Positions 37,400 through 50,310 of a DNA stretch of 64,000 nucleotides are shown here, one piece after another. The stretch spans positions 22,258,001 through 22,322,000 of the forward strand of contig OZ336881.1 in assembly GCA_965287045.1 (NCBI GenBank). Direction: 5' to 3'. Under the pieces are notes generated by a model that worked only from the letters and a program-made list of their open reading frames with translations, made no database searches and had not been told where the DNA came from. Origin of the DNA: Carcharhinus amblyrhynchos (taxonomy: Eukaryota). The translations under genes and the position numbers were made by a program. How positions within the stretch are numbered: the stretch's first letter is position 1; the number at the start of each line of letters is the position of its first letter.

Positions 37400-38700
37400 A
37401 ATAATTTACTTAGCACAACCTCAGGACATCCCAAATTGCTTCTGAACAATAACAAGTGGCTTAAACATGGTAAAACATTCCAAGACATTGCACAGAAGCC
37501 GTGTCAGTCACAGAGTTATTCAAACAGGTGCCTGGTCAAAGCTTTGTCAAAGACGTAAATTTAAAGTAGCGACTTTAAGGAGCAGAGAAAGGCAGAGATA
37601 TTTAGGAAGGGAATTCCAGAACTTAATGCCTAGACAGAGAGCCACCAATAAGAACATAAGAAATAGGAGCAGGAGTAGGCCAACTAGCCCTGCGAGCCTG
37701 CCCCGCCATTTAATAAGATCATGGCTGATCTGTCGTGGCTCAGTTCCACATTCCCGCCCTCTCCCCATAACCCTTAATCCCCTCTCTTATCAAAAACCCA
37801 TCAACCCGCGTCTTAAAAATATTTAGCGAGGTAGCCTCCACCACTTCAACGGGCAGAGAATTCCAGAGATTCACCACCCTTTGAGTGAAGAAGTTCCTCC
37901 TCAACTCTGCTCTAAACCGCACCCCCCTTTATCTTGAGGCTGTGCCCCCTAGTCCTGCTATCCTTTCTGAGCGGGAAGTCTCTCCACCTCTATCCTATCC
38001 ATCCCATTCATCATCTTATACGTCTCAATGAGATCTCCCCTCATTCTTCTAAAGTCTAACGAGTACAAGCCTAATTTATTCAGCCTCTCCTCATAGCTCA
38101 ACCCCTTCAACTCCGGCATCAGCCTAGTAAACCTCCTCTGCACTCCCTCCAAGGCCAAAATATTCTTGCGTAAGTACGGTGCCCAAAACTGCACACAGTA
38201 CTCCAGCTGCAGCCTCACCAATGCCCTATACAGGCTTGCTATACAGCAAGACCTCCCTACTTTTATATTCAATCCCCCTCGCGATGAAGGCCAGCATCCC
38301 ATTCGCCTTCCTGACCACCTGCTGCCCCTGCAAGCTGGGTTTTTGCAACTCGTGCACAAGGACCCCGAGGTCCCTCTGCACCGTCGCCTGCTGCAGTTTT
38401 TCTCCACGTAAGTAATAATCCTTCCTACCATTATTCCTACCAAAGTGGACCACCTTGCACTTGCCAACATTAAATTCCATTTGCCATTTCCTGGCCCATT
38501 CGCCCAGCCTATCTAGATCCTTCTGTAGACTCTCCCCACCCTCCGCACAATTTGCCTTTCCACCAATTTTGGTGTCATCAGCAAATTTCGACACTCTACA
38601 CTCGGTTCCCTCCTCCAGATCATCTATATAAATGGGACAGGAAGTGCACGAGGCCAGAATTGAAGGAGTGCAGAGATATCAGAGGACTGTAGGACTAAAG
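37400..38700 (-). mobile_element. Old L2-type LINE 3' end interrupted by a young CR1
   Basis: CAACCTCAGGACATCCCAAA..GGAAGGGAATTCCAGAACTT..GCCACCAAT|GGGAC..; similar to 39250-39640 and 51900-52100. Confidence 0.55.
37650..38635 (-). mobile_element. Young CR1 LINE, 5'-truncated, with frameshifts
   Basis: ORFs 38226..38594, 37958..38470 and 37740..37922 nearly identical to the 489-aa ORF; AAGAACAT tail. Confidence 0.95.
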
Positions 38701-38999
38701 AAGATACAGAAATAAGGAAAGGAGGGGCTATAGAAGGATTTGCACACAATTATGTAGTTCTTTTGAATGTAATCTGGTTGTATGGCAAGAAATACATCAG
38801 CCAGTTTGCACACAGTGGAGGTTCCATTCTCAGCAAAGTGATTAAAAAAAGATAATGGCATAGCAAAATTGATTTCCAAAAGCCAGTACATATATATAAA
38901 AATCCAACAGATGTGCAGGTCTAATAAACAACAAAATGGTGAAAGAACGTAATAACAATTGCAAAAAGGGAATATGATTTAAAAAACTAATAAAGGCTT

Positions 39000-40450
39000 T
39001 CATGAACATATTGAAAAATTGATCAACAAAGAGGAATGTAAACCGAATAATAGATAATAAGGATTATAGATTTGATAATGATATTGGAAGTAACCTTGTG
39101 ACTCAAGTTTGTAATCTGTTGTGAGGTAGGAGACAGAGTTGGGGCAAAGGGAAGACTCTCTAATTGGTTAGATTTGACAAGTAATGCTCTCCAAGAATGT
39201 GTTTGGATCCTCAGCTTTACCCTATATATGCTGATGACTCAGATGCAGTAACTTGTATTTGCATAACACCGTTAATATTGCAAAATATCTTGAGGTACTT
39301 CACAATATCTGACATTAAGCTATATAAGGATTTATTAGGATATGTGACCAAAAACTTGGTCAAAGAAGCAGGTGACAGGGGGCATCTTTAAGGAGAGGGA
39401 AGCAAAGAGGTGGACAGGTTCATAGGGAAGGAATACCAGAGTTGAGGGCCTAAATAACTGAAGGTTGAACCATCAATTATAAAGCAAGGAGGAGCACAGC
39501 GACCAACTAAGACTGGATGAATGTTATACAGGTCAGAAGGGACATGGCCACAGAAGGATTGGCTAATAAAGATGGAAACCTTGAAATTGGGCCATTAATG
39601 GTCCAGGATCCAATGTGAGTGGACAGAATGTCCACTTGGTGAGAGTTACAAAGTTAAGAGCCACAAGTAGATCTGTAGGTGGGAGTAGGAAGTCATAAAA
39701 GGACATAGATTAAGTGAATGGCCAAAATTATAACAGATGGAGTTCATAAGTTTGGATTTGAGCAAGACAAAACTCGAATATTTTCAAAATATTTTCCAAG
39801 AGCAGTTAGGAAGCGGGAGGTTTTTAAAAGTCTGGATGCAGCTATCAATAAAATTTAATGAACAGGTAGAAAAAGCATTCAAAAAATTCAACATTCAGCC
39901 AACCATTATCTAAAGATAACTGGAAATGGGAATAGCTCTTCAGTTACAGAAAGGCTTGATCAGTGTTCAATCTTTTGGCACCAAACTTCACCAATTTAAG
40001 ATCGTCTGAGGAGGGGTGCAGCACAGATTCACTCAAATGACACCAGAGCTTAATTTGAAGCTGCGTTGCATGAACTCAGCTTGCATTCCATTCAGTACAA
40101 AAATTTGAGGGATGATCCAATCAATGAATCAATTGATGCATGGATTCCATCAGTCAACACAGAAAAACTATTTTTTTGGTGGTGGAATCAAGAACAAAAT
40201 AATGTAATTCTAAAATTAGAGCTGGGCCATTTAATTGTGAAATCGGGAAGCACTTATCACCCATGCAAAGGCAATGGAAATCTGGAATCTTTCCCCAAAA
40301 CAGTGTGGATACTAGAACAGTTGAAATTTTCCAAGATAGATTTTGACCAGATCAAGAACAAAGGAGCGTAAATTAAGTTGAAGGAGGGATCAGTCATGAC
40401 ACAATGGTGGCACAGGTGGGAAAGGCTGAATCGGCTAACCCTGTCTCTAT
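39000..40450 (+). mobile_element. Old CR1 fragments flanking an L2-type fragment (39250-39640)
   Basis: VFGSSALPYIC/PQLYPIYADD-like RT remnant at ~39195-39240; CR1 3' end at 40300-40450; L2-like GACCAAAAACTTGGTCAAAGA..GAATACCAGAG. Confidence 0.5.
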
Positions 40451-40954
40451 GTGTACTACTACATTGGCAACCAAACAGAACATGGCAGTGCCATTAGCAA
40501 AGGATGATTACTGCCATTAAACATTCTCTGGTTGATGATTTGATGGAACTTGCCACTGCAGCAAAGTAAAATTCATCTAACTTTTATGTAAACCACACAA
40601 AAAACACACATTTATATCTCTCCCATTGCACCATGCCATGGTAGTGCCAATCTCTTGACATCTCTCTCCACTGCAACGGAACTCGGTCTTCTAAAGCAAT
40701 TTGGCATCCTTGGTTGTGTTCACCACATTAAAGGTTACAGATTCCCTATCCTACTTCTTCTCCTGATTCTTTTCCCTCCGTTATGTGAATAGGCGTGAAA
40801 AGGAATCCAAAACTGCACGTTTCAGAATTTTTCTGTATTTTGCTATTTTTAAAATGGACTTTCTGCTGAACCAAAAAGCATAGCTGCTTTAGGTCATATG
40901 ACTACAGGATTTGTCCTTTGTTCTGGAAGCCAACAATAGGAATTATAAGAACAC

Positions 40955-41500
40955 ATCCAGGATGCTGAAGGAAGGATACAAATTACAAAGATACTGGCCA
41001 TAATCTTCCAATCTTCCTTTAGCTACAGTAATGTGCCAGAATATCAGAAAATTGCAAATATTACATTTTTGTTTAAAAAAGGATGCAAGAATAATCTTAA
41101 CAACTACAGGCCAGTCAGTATAATCTCTGTTCTGGGAAAGCTTTTAGAGATGCCAAGAGTGGATCACCTAAGAAAAGCCAATATGGAATTTTTGAAGGTA
41201 AATTCTGTGTAACTAATTAGTTATTTGATGAGGCAAGAGAGAGGGTTGATACAACTATACGGACTTCCAAAAGGTGTTTGACAGAGTGCCAAATAATAGG
41301 CCAGTCAGCTAAGTAAAAGTGAATGGAATAAAAGGGACAGTGGCACCATGGATACAGAGTTGGCTGAGTGATGGGAAACAGAGCATGACGGCCAGCGGTT
41401 GTTTTATGGACTGGAGGAACGTATACAGTTGGGATCCCCAGGGATCAATGCTTGGACTACTGCTTTTCTGAATATATACAATTGATTTGGATTTAAGTGT
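40955..41500 (+). mobile_element. Old CR1 RT fragment
   Basis: IANITFLFKKG..NYRPVS, DFQKVFDRVP, GDPQGSMLG remnants. Confidence 0.75.
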
Positions 41501-41502
41501 CA

Positions 41503-43522
41503 CTCACCTCTACCTGAAAAGATCCTGTTGTACAGAAAGAAAAGTGATGGTGGCCTTCACAATTGGGAAGATTGTCCTGTTGCTAGTTTGAGGGTCATGA
41601 AGCCAGATGCTACAACTCTATCATTGACTACTTCTGGACTGCAACCTCCTAAGGCACTGCTCTTAGGTCATTACAACGTGGGAGTGGTTCTCTGGGAGGG
41701 TAGGGCTTTATGCCTCCTAGTGCCAAAGCATAGTGCCAAAGAAGCAAATCTGCATGTTTCCCAACCAGAAACCATGGAACAGGGATATCCACTGCCTGCT
41801 GAAGGTCTGAGGCATTCAGGTCAGGCGACCCTGACCTATACAAGGAAGCCAGATATGATCTAAGAAGATCCATCAAAGATATCAAAAGACAATAACGGAC
41901 CAAGCTAGAGTCCTAGGCTAGCCACACGGATCTCCGCCAACAATGGCAAGGTCTGCAAGACATAACATGCTACAAGATGAAGGCATGTAAAATCACCAGT
42001 TCCAATGCACCCCCTTCCTGATGATCTTAGACACAGGATAAGCCTGCATCTAAGGTCAGTATTACAGATGTCAGAGCAGCTTTCTTGAAGGTCAACCCAC
42101 AAAAGCAACTGTGGGGTATTTGCAGACATCTTCAACCTCTCTGTACAACAATCTGAGGTCCCTATCTGCTTCAAGACGATGACCAATATCCCAGTACCAA
42201 AGAAAAGCCAAGCAGTGTGCTTTAATGACTATCGGCCAGTGACTCTGACATCCATCATTACGAAGTGCTTCAAAAGGTTAGCCATGGCTTGAATCAATTT
42301 CAGCCTTCTGGAGTGCCTGGATCTACTACAGTTTGCCTTCTGCCACAACAGATTCACAGCAAGCGCCGTCTCCCTAGCCCTGCACTCAATCCTGGAACAT
42401 CTAGATAACAAAGACACCTATGTCAGACTCCTATTTATTGACAATAGCTCAGGCTCCAACACCATTATTCCTACTAAACTCATGTCCAAACTCTGTTGCC
42501 TGAGCCTCATCTCCTCCCTCTGTGACTGGATCCTGGACTTCTTAATCCATAGACCACAATCAGCAAGGATAGGCAATGACACCTCCTCCATGATCATCCT
42601 CAATATCAGTGTCCCACAAGGGTGTGTTCTCAGTCCCCTACTACACTTATGATTGTGTGGCCAAATTCCCCCCCCCTCCAAATCGATTTTCAAGTTGGCT
42701 GACAACACCACTGTAGTAGGTCAGATCTCAAACCATTTTGAGACAGATTACAGGAATGAGATAGAGAATCTGGTGAACTGGTGCGGCGACAATAATCTCT
42801 CCCATCAATGTCTACAAACAATGTCATCAACTTTAGGAAGTGTGGTGGAGAACATGTCCCTGTCTACATCAATGGGGGTCAAGAACTTCAAGATTTTAGG
42901 TGTCCAGATCACCAACAACCTATCCTGGTCCCCCCCATATCAACACTATAATTAAGAAAACACACCAATGCCTCTACTTTCTCAGAAGACTAAGGAAATT
43001 TGGCATGTCAGCTATGACCCTCACCAATGTTTACAGATGCACCACAGAAAGCATTCTTTCTAGTTGTATCACAGCCTGATATGGCTCCTGCTCTGCCCAA
43101 GACCGCAAGAAACTACAAATGGTCATGAATCTAGCCCAATCCATCACGCAAACCAGCCTCCCATCGATTGACTCTGTCTACATTTCCTACTGCCTCCGCA
43201 AAGCATTCAGCATAATTAAGGACTTCACACACCCCAGACATTCTCTCTTTCACCTTTCTCCGTCAGGAAAAAGATACAAAAATCTGAGCTCACATACCAA
43301 CTGACTCAAGTATGCTTCTTCCTGGCTGCCATTAGACCTTTGAATGGACCTACCTCACACTACATTGATCTTTCTCAACACCCTAGCTATGGCTGTAACA
43401 CTGTATTCTGCATTCTCCTGTTTCCTTCTCTATGAACGGTATGCTTTGTCTGTATAGCGCACAAGAAACAATACTTTTCACTGTATACTAATACATGTGA
43501 CAATAATAAATCAAATTAAATC
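41503..43522 (+). mobile_element. Rex1/Babar-type LINE (RT region to 3' end), decayed
   Basis: [63 protein letters not shown]; ends CAATAATAAATCAAATTAAATC. Confidence 0.9.
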
Positions 43523-44584
43523 CTCACATCTCCTTCGTCATGGAGGTGCCCTCTCTGCCTCCTCCTCTGCTTGTTCTGCTTATGTTACAGAGCAAGTGAC
43601 ATTGCAACTACTGCCTTCATGCCGATGCAAGGCACTTTAAATTTTCTTTCTTTGTGATCAATAAAAACCTAAAAGCTTACACATTCCTCCAGCAAATCAT
43701 CAATGCTTCCACAAACTTTGCCTGACCAATAAATCAATCAAAAGTACCTCAATTGCAACTCGTTGAGTCACCTTTTAAATAGGTCCAGAATACAGTTTTG
43801 CTTTATAATGCTTCTCCTTTCAGGAGTGAATAAAGAAGTTTCCTGCACATTCATTGAGTTCACCTCTGTCAGGACAGTAATGTCATGCTCATTCATGCAT
43901 GTTTTGCATCTGAGTGCAGGGAGGGGACTTGCGGGTGACACATTTGTCTAAGCTACTCCAGCACAGGCAGCAAACAGCAGTGCCATATACGTGGCAAATA
44001 ACAGGCTGGCCTTTTGTAGCACTGCAATTGACTTTCAAGCTTAATATTTCTATTTCTCTCTGCTTTCAAGGCTATTTAATACAAAATATGGTCTTATATG
44101 ACACATTTCTACACGTAGCAAACTGCCTTTGATAAACTTTTCATATTGAAGATTATGTTTACACTATGAAAGGCAGACATGACAATTAATCGGTTGCAAA
44201 GCATTCACAGTTTTTTCTTGTTCCTTAAGTTAACTAATCTCTCTAATACAGCATATGTGCCATTGTGTTCTCAGTTCATATAACTAACTTTATTTTCCAA
44301 TCCAGTGAACAGGAAGAAAATTTGCTTTCATCAAATTAAAATAGCTTTCATTTGAATACCTACCATTTATGGAAAGTGAACTGCACAGCACCCATTTATT
44401 CAGTGGAGCACTATAAATTTACTGTCTATTTGCAATAATATACAACTGAAATAAGGGAAAGCAGCATTAAGATAGAAGCTGTTTTTGCAGACTAATCATC
44501 TAATATTACTGCTGGGGTAGAAATTGTTAGGGGACTGGGAGGGGCTGTACAGAGTAGCTTCCAGGAGCTGACTAGAGGCGTTTG

Positions 44585-44833
44585 GGTTACTATCTATGTG
44601 AGTTTGCACATTCTCCTCGTGTCTGCGTGGGTTTCCTCTGGGTGCTCTGGTTTCTTCCCACAGTCCAAATGTGTGGGTCAGGTGGATTGGCCATGCTAAA
44701 ATTGCCCTTAAGTGTCAGGGGGATTAGCTAGGGTAAATGCTTGGAATTATGGGGGTTGGGCCTGGGTGGGATTGTGGTCAGTGCAGACTTGATGGGCTAA
44801 ATGGCCTCCTGCTCCATTGTAGGATTCTATGAT
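44585..44833 (+). mobile_element. HE1/V-SINE-type SINE, 5'-truncated
   Basis: GAGTTTGCACATTCTCCTCGTGTCTGCGTGGGTTTCC core and GGATTCTATGAT tail. Confidence 0.9.
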
Positions 44834-44834
44834 C

Positions 44835-45480
44835 TGCACTGTTTGCCACATCTCCAGGTTTGGTATCATTGTTAAATTCTGAAATGACCCTTGGGGAACA
44901 TCATTGTCTGAAAAAAAAACTCCATTGTCACAGCGCTGTTTTCAGTTTAAGCCAATTTTTTGTCCAACTCTCTATTGACCGTCCTATTTCATAAGCCTCA
45001 ATTTTGTTAACTGGCCTTTTTTGTGGCATTAGGTCAAATATTACCTTAAAATCTTTAATGATAACATTCATTGTATTCCTTTCATTAACCTACTTCAATA
45101 GAAAATGTAATAGGATTAGTTTAATGTGATCTGCTTTCAAAAATCTTGCTGTCTCTCTTTAATTAAGTCAAAATCCTGATGAATATTATTTTGCCCTTGA
45201 TTGTTGATTCTAAACCTTAATCAGGACTGATATTAAACTGCCCAGCCTGTAATTATTAGGAACGTCATTGTACCTTTCTTGAAAAAGGGTGTCACATTTA
45301 CCACTCATCAATCCTCTGCCACCTCTCCTGTATTTAGGAAAGATTGGAATATTATGGAAAGTCTTTCTCTGATCTCCTTTAGCAACTTTGAGTGCAAAAC
45401 ATCCGGACCAGGTGACTTAACAACTTGATTCATAGCCAGCCTTTCCAGTACATCCAGCACTGCCCTGGCATCCCTTTTTG
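44835..45480 (-). mobile_element. Old CR1 RT fragment
   Basis: ORF 45308..45745 end: KSPGPDVLHSKLLKEIRE.LSIIFQSFLNTGEVAED. Confidence 0.75.
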
Positions 45481-45502
45481 TGATGTTACACACCACGCCC
45501 CC

Positions 45503-45820
45503 AATCATAGAATTCCTCCAGTACAGAAGGAGGCCATTTGGCCCATCAAGCCTGCAACGACAACAACCCACCCACCACCCAGACCCAATCCCCGTAACCC
45601 CATATATTTCCCATGCTAATCCCCCTAACCTACACCTAAAGGGGCAATTTACATGGCAAATCAACTTCACCCGCACAGCTTTGGACTGTGCGAGGAAACC
45701 GGAGCACCCAGTGGAAACCCACGCAGACACGGGGAGAATGTGCAAACTCCATACAGACAGTCACCCAAGGCTGGAATTGAACCTGGGTCTCTGGCGCTGT
45801 GAGGCAGCAGTGCTAACTAC
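45503..45820 (-). mobile_element. HE1/V-SINE-type SINE
   Basis: Head, core and tail as in the other copies. Confidence 0.9.
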
Positions 45821-45822
45821 CT

Positions 45823-47345
45823 ATGACAGGACACAGATTGATTAACAAAATGGACAAACAAATGACAGATGAAATTTAATATAAATAAGTATGATACATT
45901 CCAGCAGAAGGAGTAGGGACAGAAAATATAGATTTAATGGTGTAGTTTTAAAGCTTGTGCAAGAACAGAGGGGCCTATTGTTCACTGCATGGATCTTTGA
46001 AGGTGACAGGGCATTTTGAGAATGTAGTAAGCAAGACATATGGAATCCTAGGCTTCTTAAATAGAGGCAGTGAGTACAAAAACAGGGAAGTTATATTAAA
46101 CATTTGCAATGCTTAGGTTAGGGCACAGCTAGAACATTGCATCCAGATCTGCTCACCACACTTTAAGGAGGATGCTTGGATCCTTGACAGGGTGCAGAGG
46201 AAATTTACCAGAATTATCCAAGGGATGAGGCACCTTAGCAAGAAGGTTGGGTTGAAGAATCTGGGATTATTCTGTTTGGAACAAAGGAAATTGAGAGATG
46301 ATTTGACAGAGCAGTGAGATAACTGGAATTGAGGACATTACAAGTGCGGTGGACAACAGGGAACCGGTGGGTGTCGTGTATCTGGATTTTTAGAAGGCAC
46401 TTAACAAGGTGCAGCACAAAAGGCCACTGCATAAGATAAAGGTGCACTGCATTACGGAGAACTTATTAACATGGATAGAGGATTGGTTAGCTAACAGAAA
46501 GCAACAAGCGGGTGTTTTTCTGGTTGGCGATCAGTGACAAGTGGTGTGTCTCAGGGATCAGTGTTGGGACCACAATCATTTACAATTTGCATTGATGATG
46601 TGGACTTGGGGACCAAGTGTAGCATATCAAAGTTTGCATATGATATGAAGATGGATGGTAGAACAAAGTATGTAGAGGACACTGAAAATCTGCAGTGATA
46701 TACATAGTTTAAATAAGTGGGCAAGGGTCAGGCAGATGGAGTACAATGTTGGTAAATGTGAGGTCGTCCATTTTGGCAGGAATAACAGCCAAATGGACTA
46801 TTATTTAAATGGTAAAAAATTGCAGCATGTTACTGTGCAGAGGGACCTGAGTGTCCTTGTGCATGAATCACCGAAAGTTGGTTTGCAGGTGCAGAAGGTA
46901 ATTAAAAAAGCCCCCAAATGGAGTTTTGTCCTTCATTGCTAGAGGGGTGGAGTTTTAAAACAGGGAGGTTATGATGCAGCTGTATAAAGTGCTGATGAGA
47001 TCGTACCTGGAGTACTCTGTCCACTTTTGGTCTCCTTATTTGAGAAGGGATGTACTGGCACTGGAGGGGATGCAGAGGAAATTCGCTGGGTTGATTCCAG
47101 AGTCGAGAGGGTTGGCTTATGAGGAGGGACTGAGTAGACTGGGACTATACTCACTGAAATTGAAAAGAATGAGGGGGTATTTTAGAATCATAGAAACCCT
47201 ACAGTGCAGAAAGAGGCCATTTGAGGGAAATAAACTTGCAGGTCCATAAGGATAACAGGATTGGTGTAATGGGACTGACTGGATGCTCTATAGTGAGTCG
47301 GTATGGATTTGATGGCTAAGTGATCTCCTTCTGTGTTAATATGAT
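45823..47345 (+). mobile_element. Two CR1 fragments: older 45823-46330 (with tail at 47222-47345) and younger 46335-47180
   Basis: YLDF*KALNKV, GVSQGSVLGP, MEYNVGKCEVVHFG, YLEYSVHFWSPYLRRDVLALEG. Confidence 0.8.
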
Positions 47346-48024
47346 ACATTCTGGCAAGGTGAATGTGATGCATAAGTTTACAGCTTAAAAAATAAAGATG
47401 AATTGAATTTGGAGAAGGGTGTGCCCACCAAGTCAGAGGCAGTGCCAAGGTAGCAGCATTAGTTGTCAGATGCATGTTAGCTTCTCTGTGGAGGACATTA
47501 GTCAGGCAGAGTTGGCTTCGGTACTGTTAGTATTTATGGTCACATGTGGCACCATGATGGGCTATTAAGCTGCTACCTATATTGGTAAGGTATGTGTTGT
47601 TGACAGGTTAACAACAATGGAAATGTACATGCAAGAGAAGAGAGCTCATGAAACTCAATGAAGAGGAAAAATTGGAACTGACATGACACATATTATGATT
47701 GTTACATCAATGGAGGAAAAAGCATTGGAATTGGGAAGCATGGAGTCAGGAAAGGCAATCGCTGATGGTAAAAATGATGTCAAGTTCTGAGAGAGAGTCT
47801 GTCTTAATGGACGAATGCAATGGATCCTCTAAGAAGCGCAAAACATATTGCTGATACGTACAGCATTGGTCACATAGAATTCCATGTGAATAGTAGTCAG
47901 AAGGGCACGTTGAAAGGTGCGTTGCTTTCTCATCTCAATTCTCTCTTTGCAGGTCATGGATAAGAACTGCACAGCCTGAAGGGAAGACTTCTGAAGACAA
48001 GCAGGAGGTGAAGACTGTATTAAT

Positions 48025-48135
48025 AACACAAGAAATCTGAGTAGGAGTAAGCCTTCTGGCATCTTGAACCTGCTCTGTCATTCAATAAAATCATGTGGCC
48101 TTAATTCCACTTTTCTGACTGCACCACATAGCACT
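48025..48135 (-). mobile_element. CR1 3'-tail fragment
   Basis: AACACAAGAAAT..GTAGGAGTAAGCC..CATTCAATAAAATCATG. Confidence 0.65.
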
Positions 48136-48298
48136 ATGTAGGAGCATGTGCAAACATATGACAAAGTTCACCCAGCTATGATCAGATTTCACAGGGTATG
48201 TAATGTAACGAGATGTCACTAATAAATTCTGTATTCTGGACCATAAAAAATATTATTTACTTATTTAGGCAAATCCTATTTGCCACCTGTACCAGTTT

Positions 48299-48640
48299 GA
48301 AACTGCATGTATTGGCTGGCCACCTTTAGCACGGCATTAGTTTCCATCTTTTTTCAGCACTGAGCCACAGACTGGGGTGATCGCAACTATATCTCAAAAG
48401 GTCCCGGGAAGTATCCTATGCTCTGGAAATTCAGTGCCACTTTAACCTTCAATGCCACAGGCAATGGGTTCCCAACTCTTCCCACTGGGCTGAGGGGCTC
48501 AGAACCTCCTCAATCATTGCAACAACTCAGTGGCCATCTCCGTGATGAGGCATATTGTTGAATAATACCGCTGCTCTGACACTTGTCGAAAGCAGAGCCT
48601 TTAACAGTGGACCAGCTCTGGTGGGTAGCATCCGCTGCAT
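48299..48640 (-). pseudogene. PIF/Harbinger (HARBI1-like) transposase N-terminal remnant
   Basis: Minus-strand translation GNPLPVALKVKVALNFQSIGYFPG..SPQSVAQC*KKMETNAVLKVASQYMQF resembles the Harbinger HTH motif LPVAVKVT.ALNFYA.GSFQ..ISQ..H.C...VT.AL...A..YI.F. Confidence 0.7.
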
Positions 48641-49579
48641 ACAAGAAACATGTTCTGTGCACTCCTCATCAGTGACTCTTTGCAGCCTCATGATCTTACT
48701 GCCCCCCTAGGTGCTGCAGACTACAGTTATCTCCTTCTCTGATGCGCATCCTCATTGGACATTTCAATGCCTGAGTGATTGAGGACCATAAAATTGCTTC
48801 ACCTAGTTCTCAGCATCCCTCCATCTCCCACTTACTCTATACACAGAAGTGTCAAGTCAGAGAAAGTATTCGATCAGAATGCTTCCATTATGCCGGCCAG
48901 GTTTGGCTCGTCTCCAGATCATTACAGCCGCTACCACTGGAGGAGGGTGTCACCCTCCTTACCAAGCCACACAATCTCTTGTATAGATTGCCAACTGCAG
49001 CCAAGACTGATCTTGTGCTAAGCTTTTACCTTCTTTTAGCTGTCAAGCACTTGTTGTGTTCATGCATGCCTCACAAAACTGAAAAAAGTTGGCAAAGTTG
49101 TTAATAGTAACCTTGTTACAAAACCCATGTTTTACATTGAAAAATCATAATTTATTGAATGGGCTGAAATCACCAGATAAATAAAAAGATTGAACACCAT
49201 ATTAACTAATTGGTAGCTGAAATTTACCCTATAAATTTCAAAGCTGTTACAGCAGTGTGAGGCTATCTACAGATAGTCCACCAGATACAATAAATTTAGA
49301 TGAGTGTTAATACTCATCCAATTGGCCTTGAAGAATGTGGTGTTAAGGTGTGAGTGCACATATGGTGGATTCAGTTTTTGCTGGTTTTTCAGATTAAGAG
49401 AGGTTACTTGACCTGAATTCACTATGTCAAAAAAGTGGTTGGATCGCATTTTATTTGAAGATTTCTTGGTTATCTTTGTGAGTCAAAGATTGGCATGTTT
49501 TTGAAGAGGGAGATGCGAGAACTGCCATTATCTGGATGGTTGGAAGAGGAGACAGCCGGAACAAAAAATAAGATAACAT

Positions 49580-50310
49580 GCATCTAGTAAATGCAAAATA
49601 CTCAAGAATCCCGAGAGGAGTTAGGGATACAATCTATTTGATCAGAGTTCAGAAACAACAGTGGTATCATTACACAAATGGGTATAGGCTATTGACTTTC
49701 ACAGTAACTTCATTGCAGTGTTATTATTGCAGTGTTAATGTAAACCTACTTGTGACAACAATAAATCAACTTTAAATCTTAATGGGAAAATACACAGATG
49801 AAATTTTCAGGGAAATTACGTAGAAATGTAAAAACTATACAGCAGTGACAATGGACAACATGAATTGTCCTGATATAAACAGGGTTAGTAATACTGCAAA
49901 GGATAGAGGGGGAGAAAGAATCTTTGAGGTGTGTTCAGGAGAATTTTCTTCTTCAATGCGTTTCTAGCCAAATAAAAATAATGCATTGTTGGATTTTTTT
50001 CTGGTCAATAAGGTCAGTCAAGTGGATCAAGACTCAGCAGGGTAACATTTAGGGAACAATGATCAAAATATCATAACATTTGATGAACTACAGAAAAAAA
50101 TGAAGAGCAACCCTTAGAAAAAAAACTTAATTACAAGACAGCCAATTTAGTTGAGAACATATCTATTAACAGGACATAGGAGCAGGATTAGACCATATAA
50201 TTCCGTACATTGGCTCTGCCACTCAAATAAAGTCACAACTGATCTTTGGCTTCAGCTCCACTTTCCTGCCTGCTCCCCATATTCCTTGATTCTCTGAGTC
50301 TTCAAAAAGT
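49580..50310. mobile_element. Old CR1 endonuclease-region fragment (+) and CR1 tail (-, 50170-50310)
   Basis: HLGNNDQNIITF-like motif at ~50045-50080; GACATAGGAGCAGGATTAGACC tail. Confidence 0.5.
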
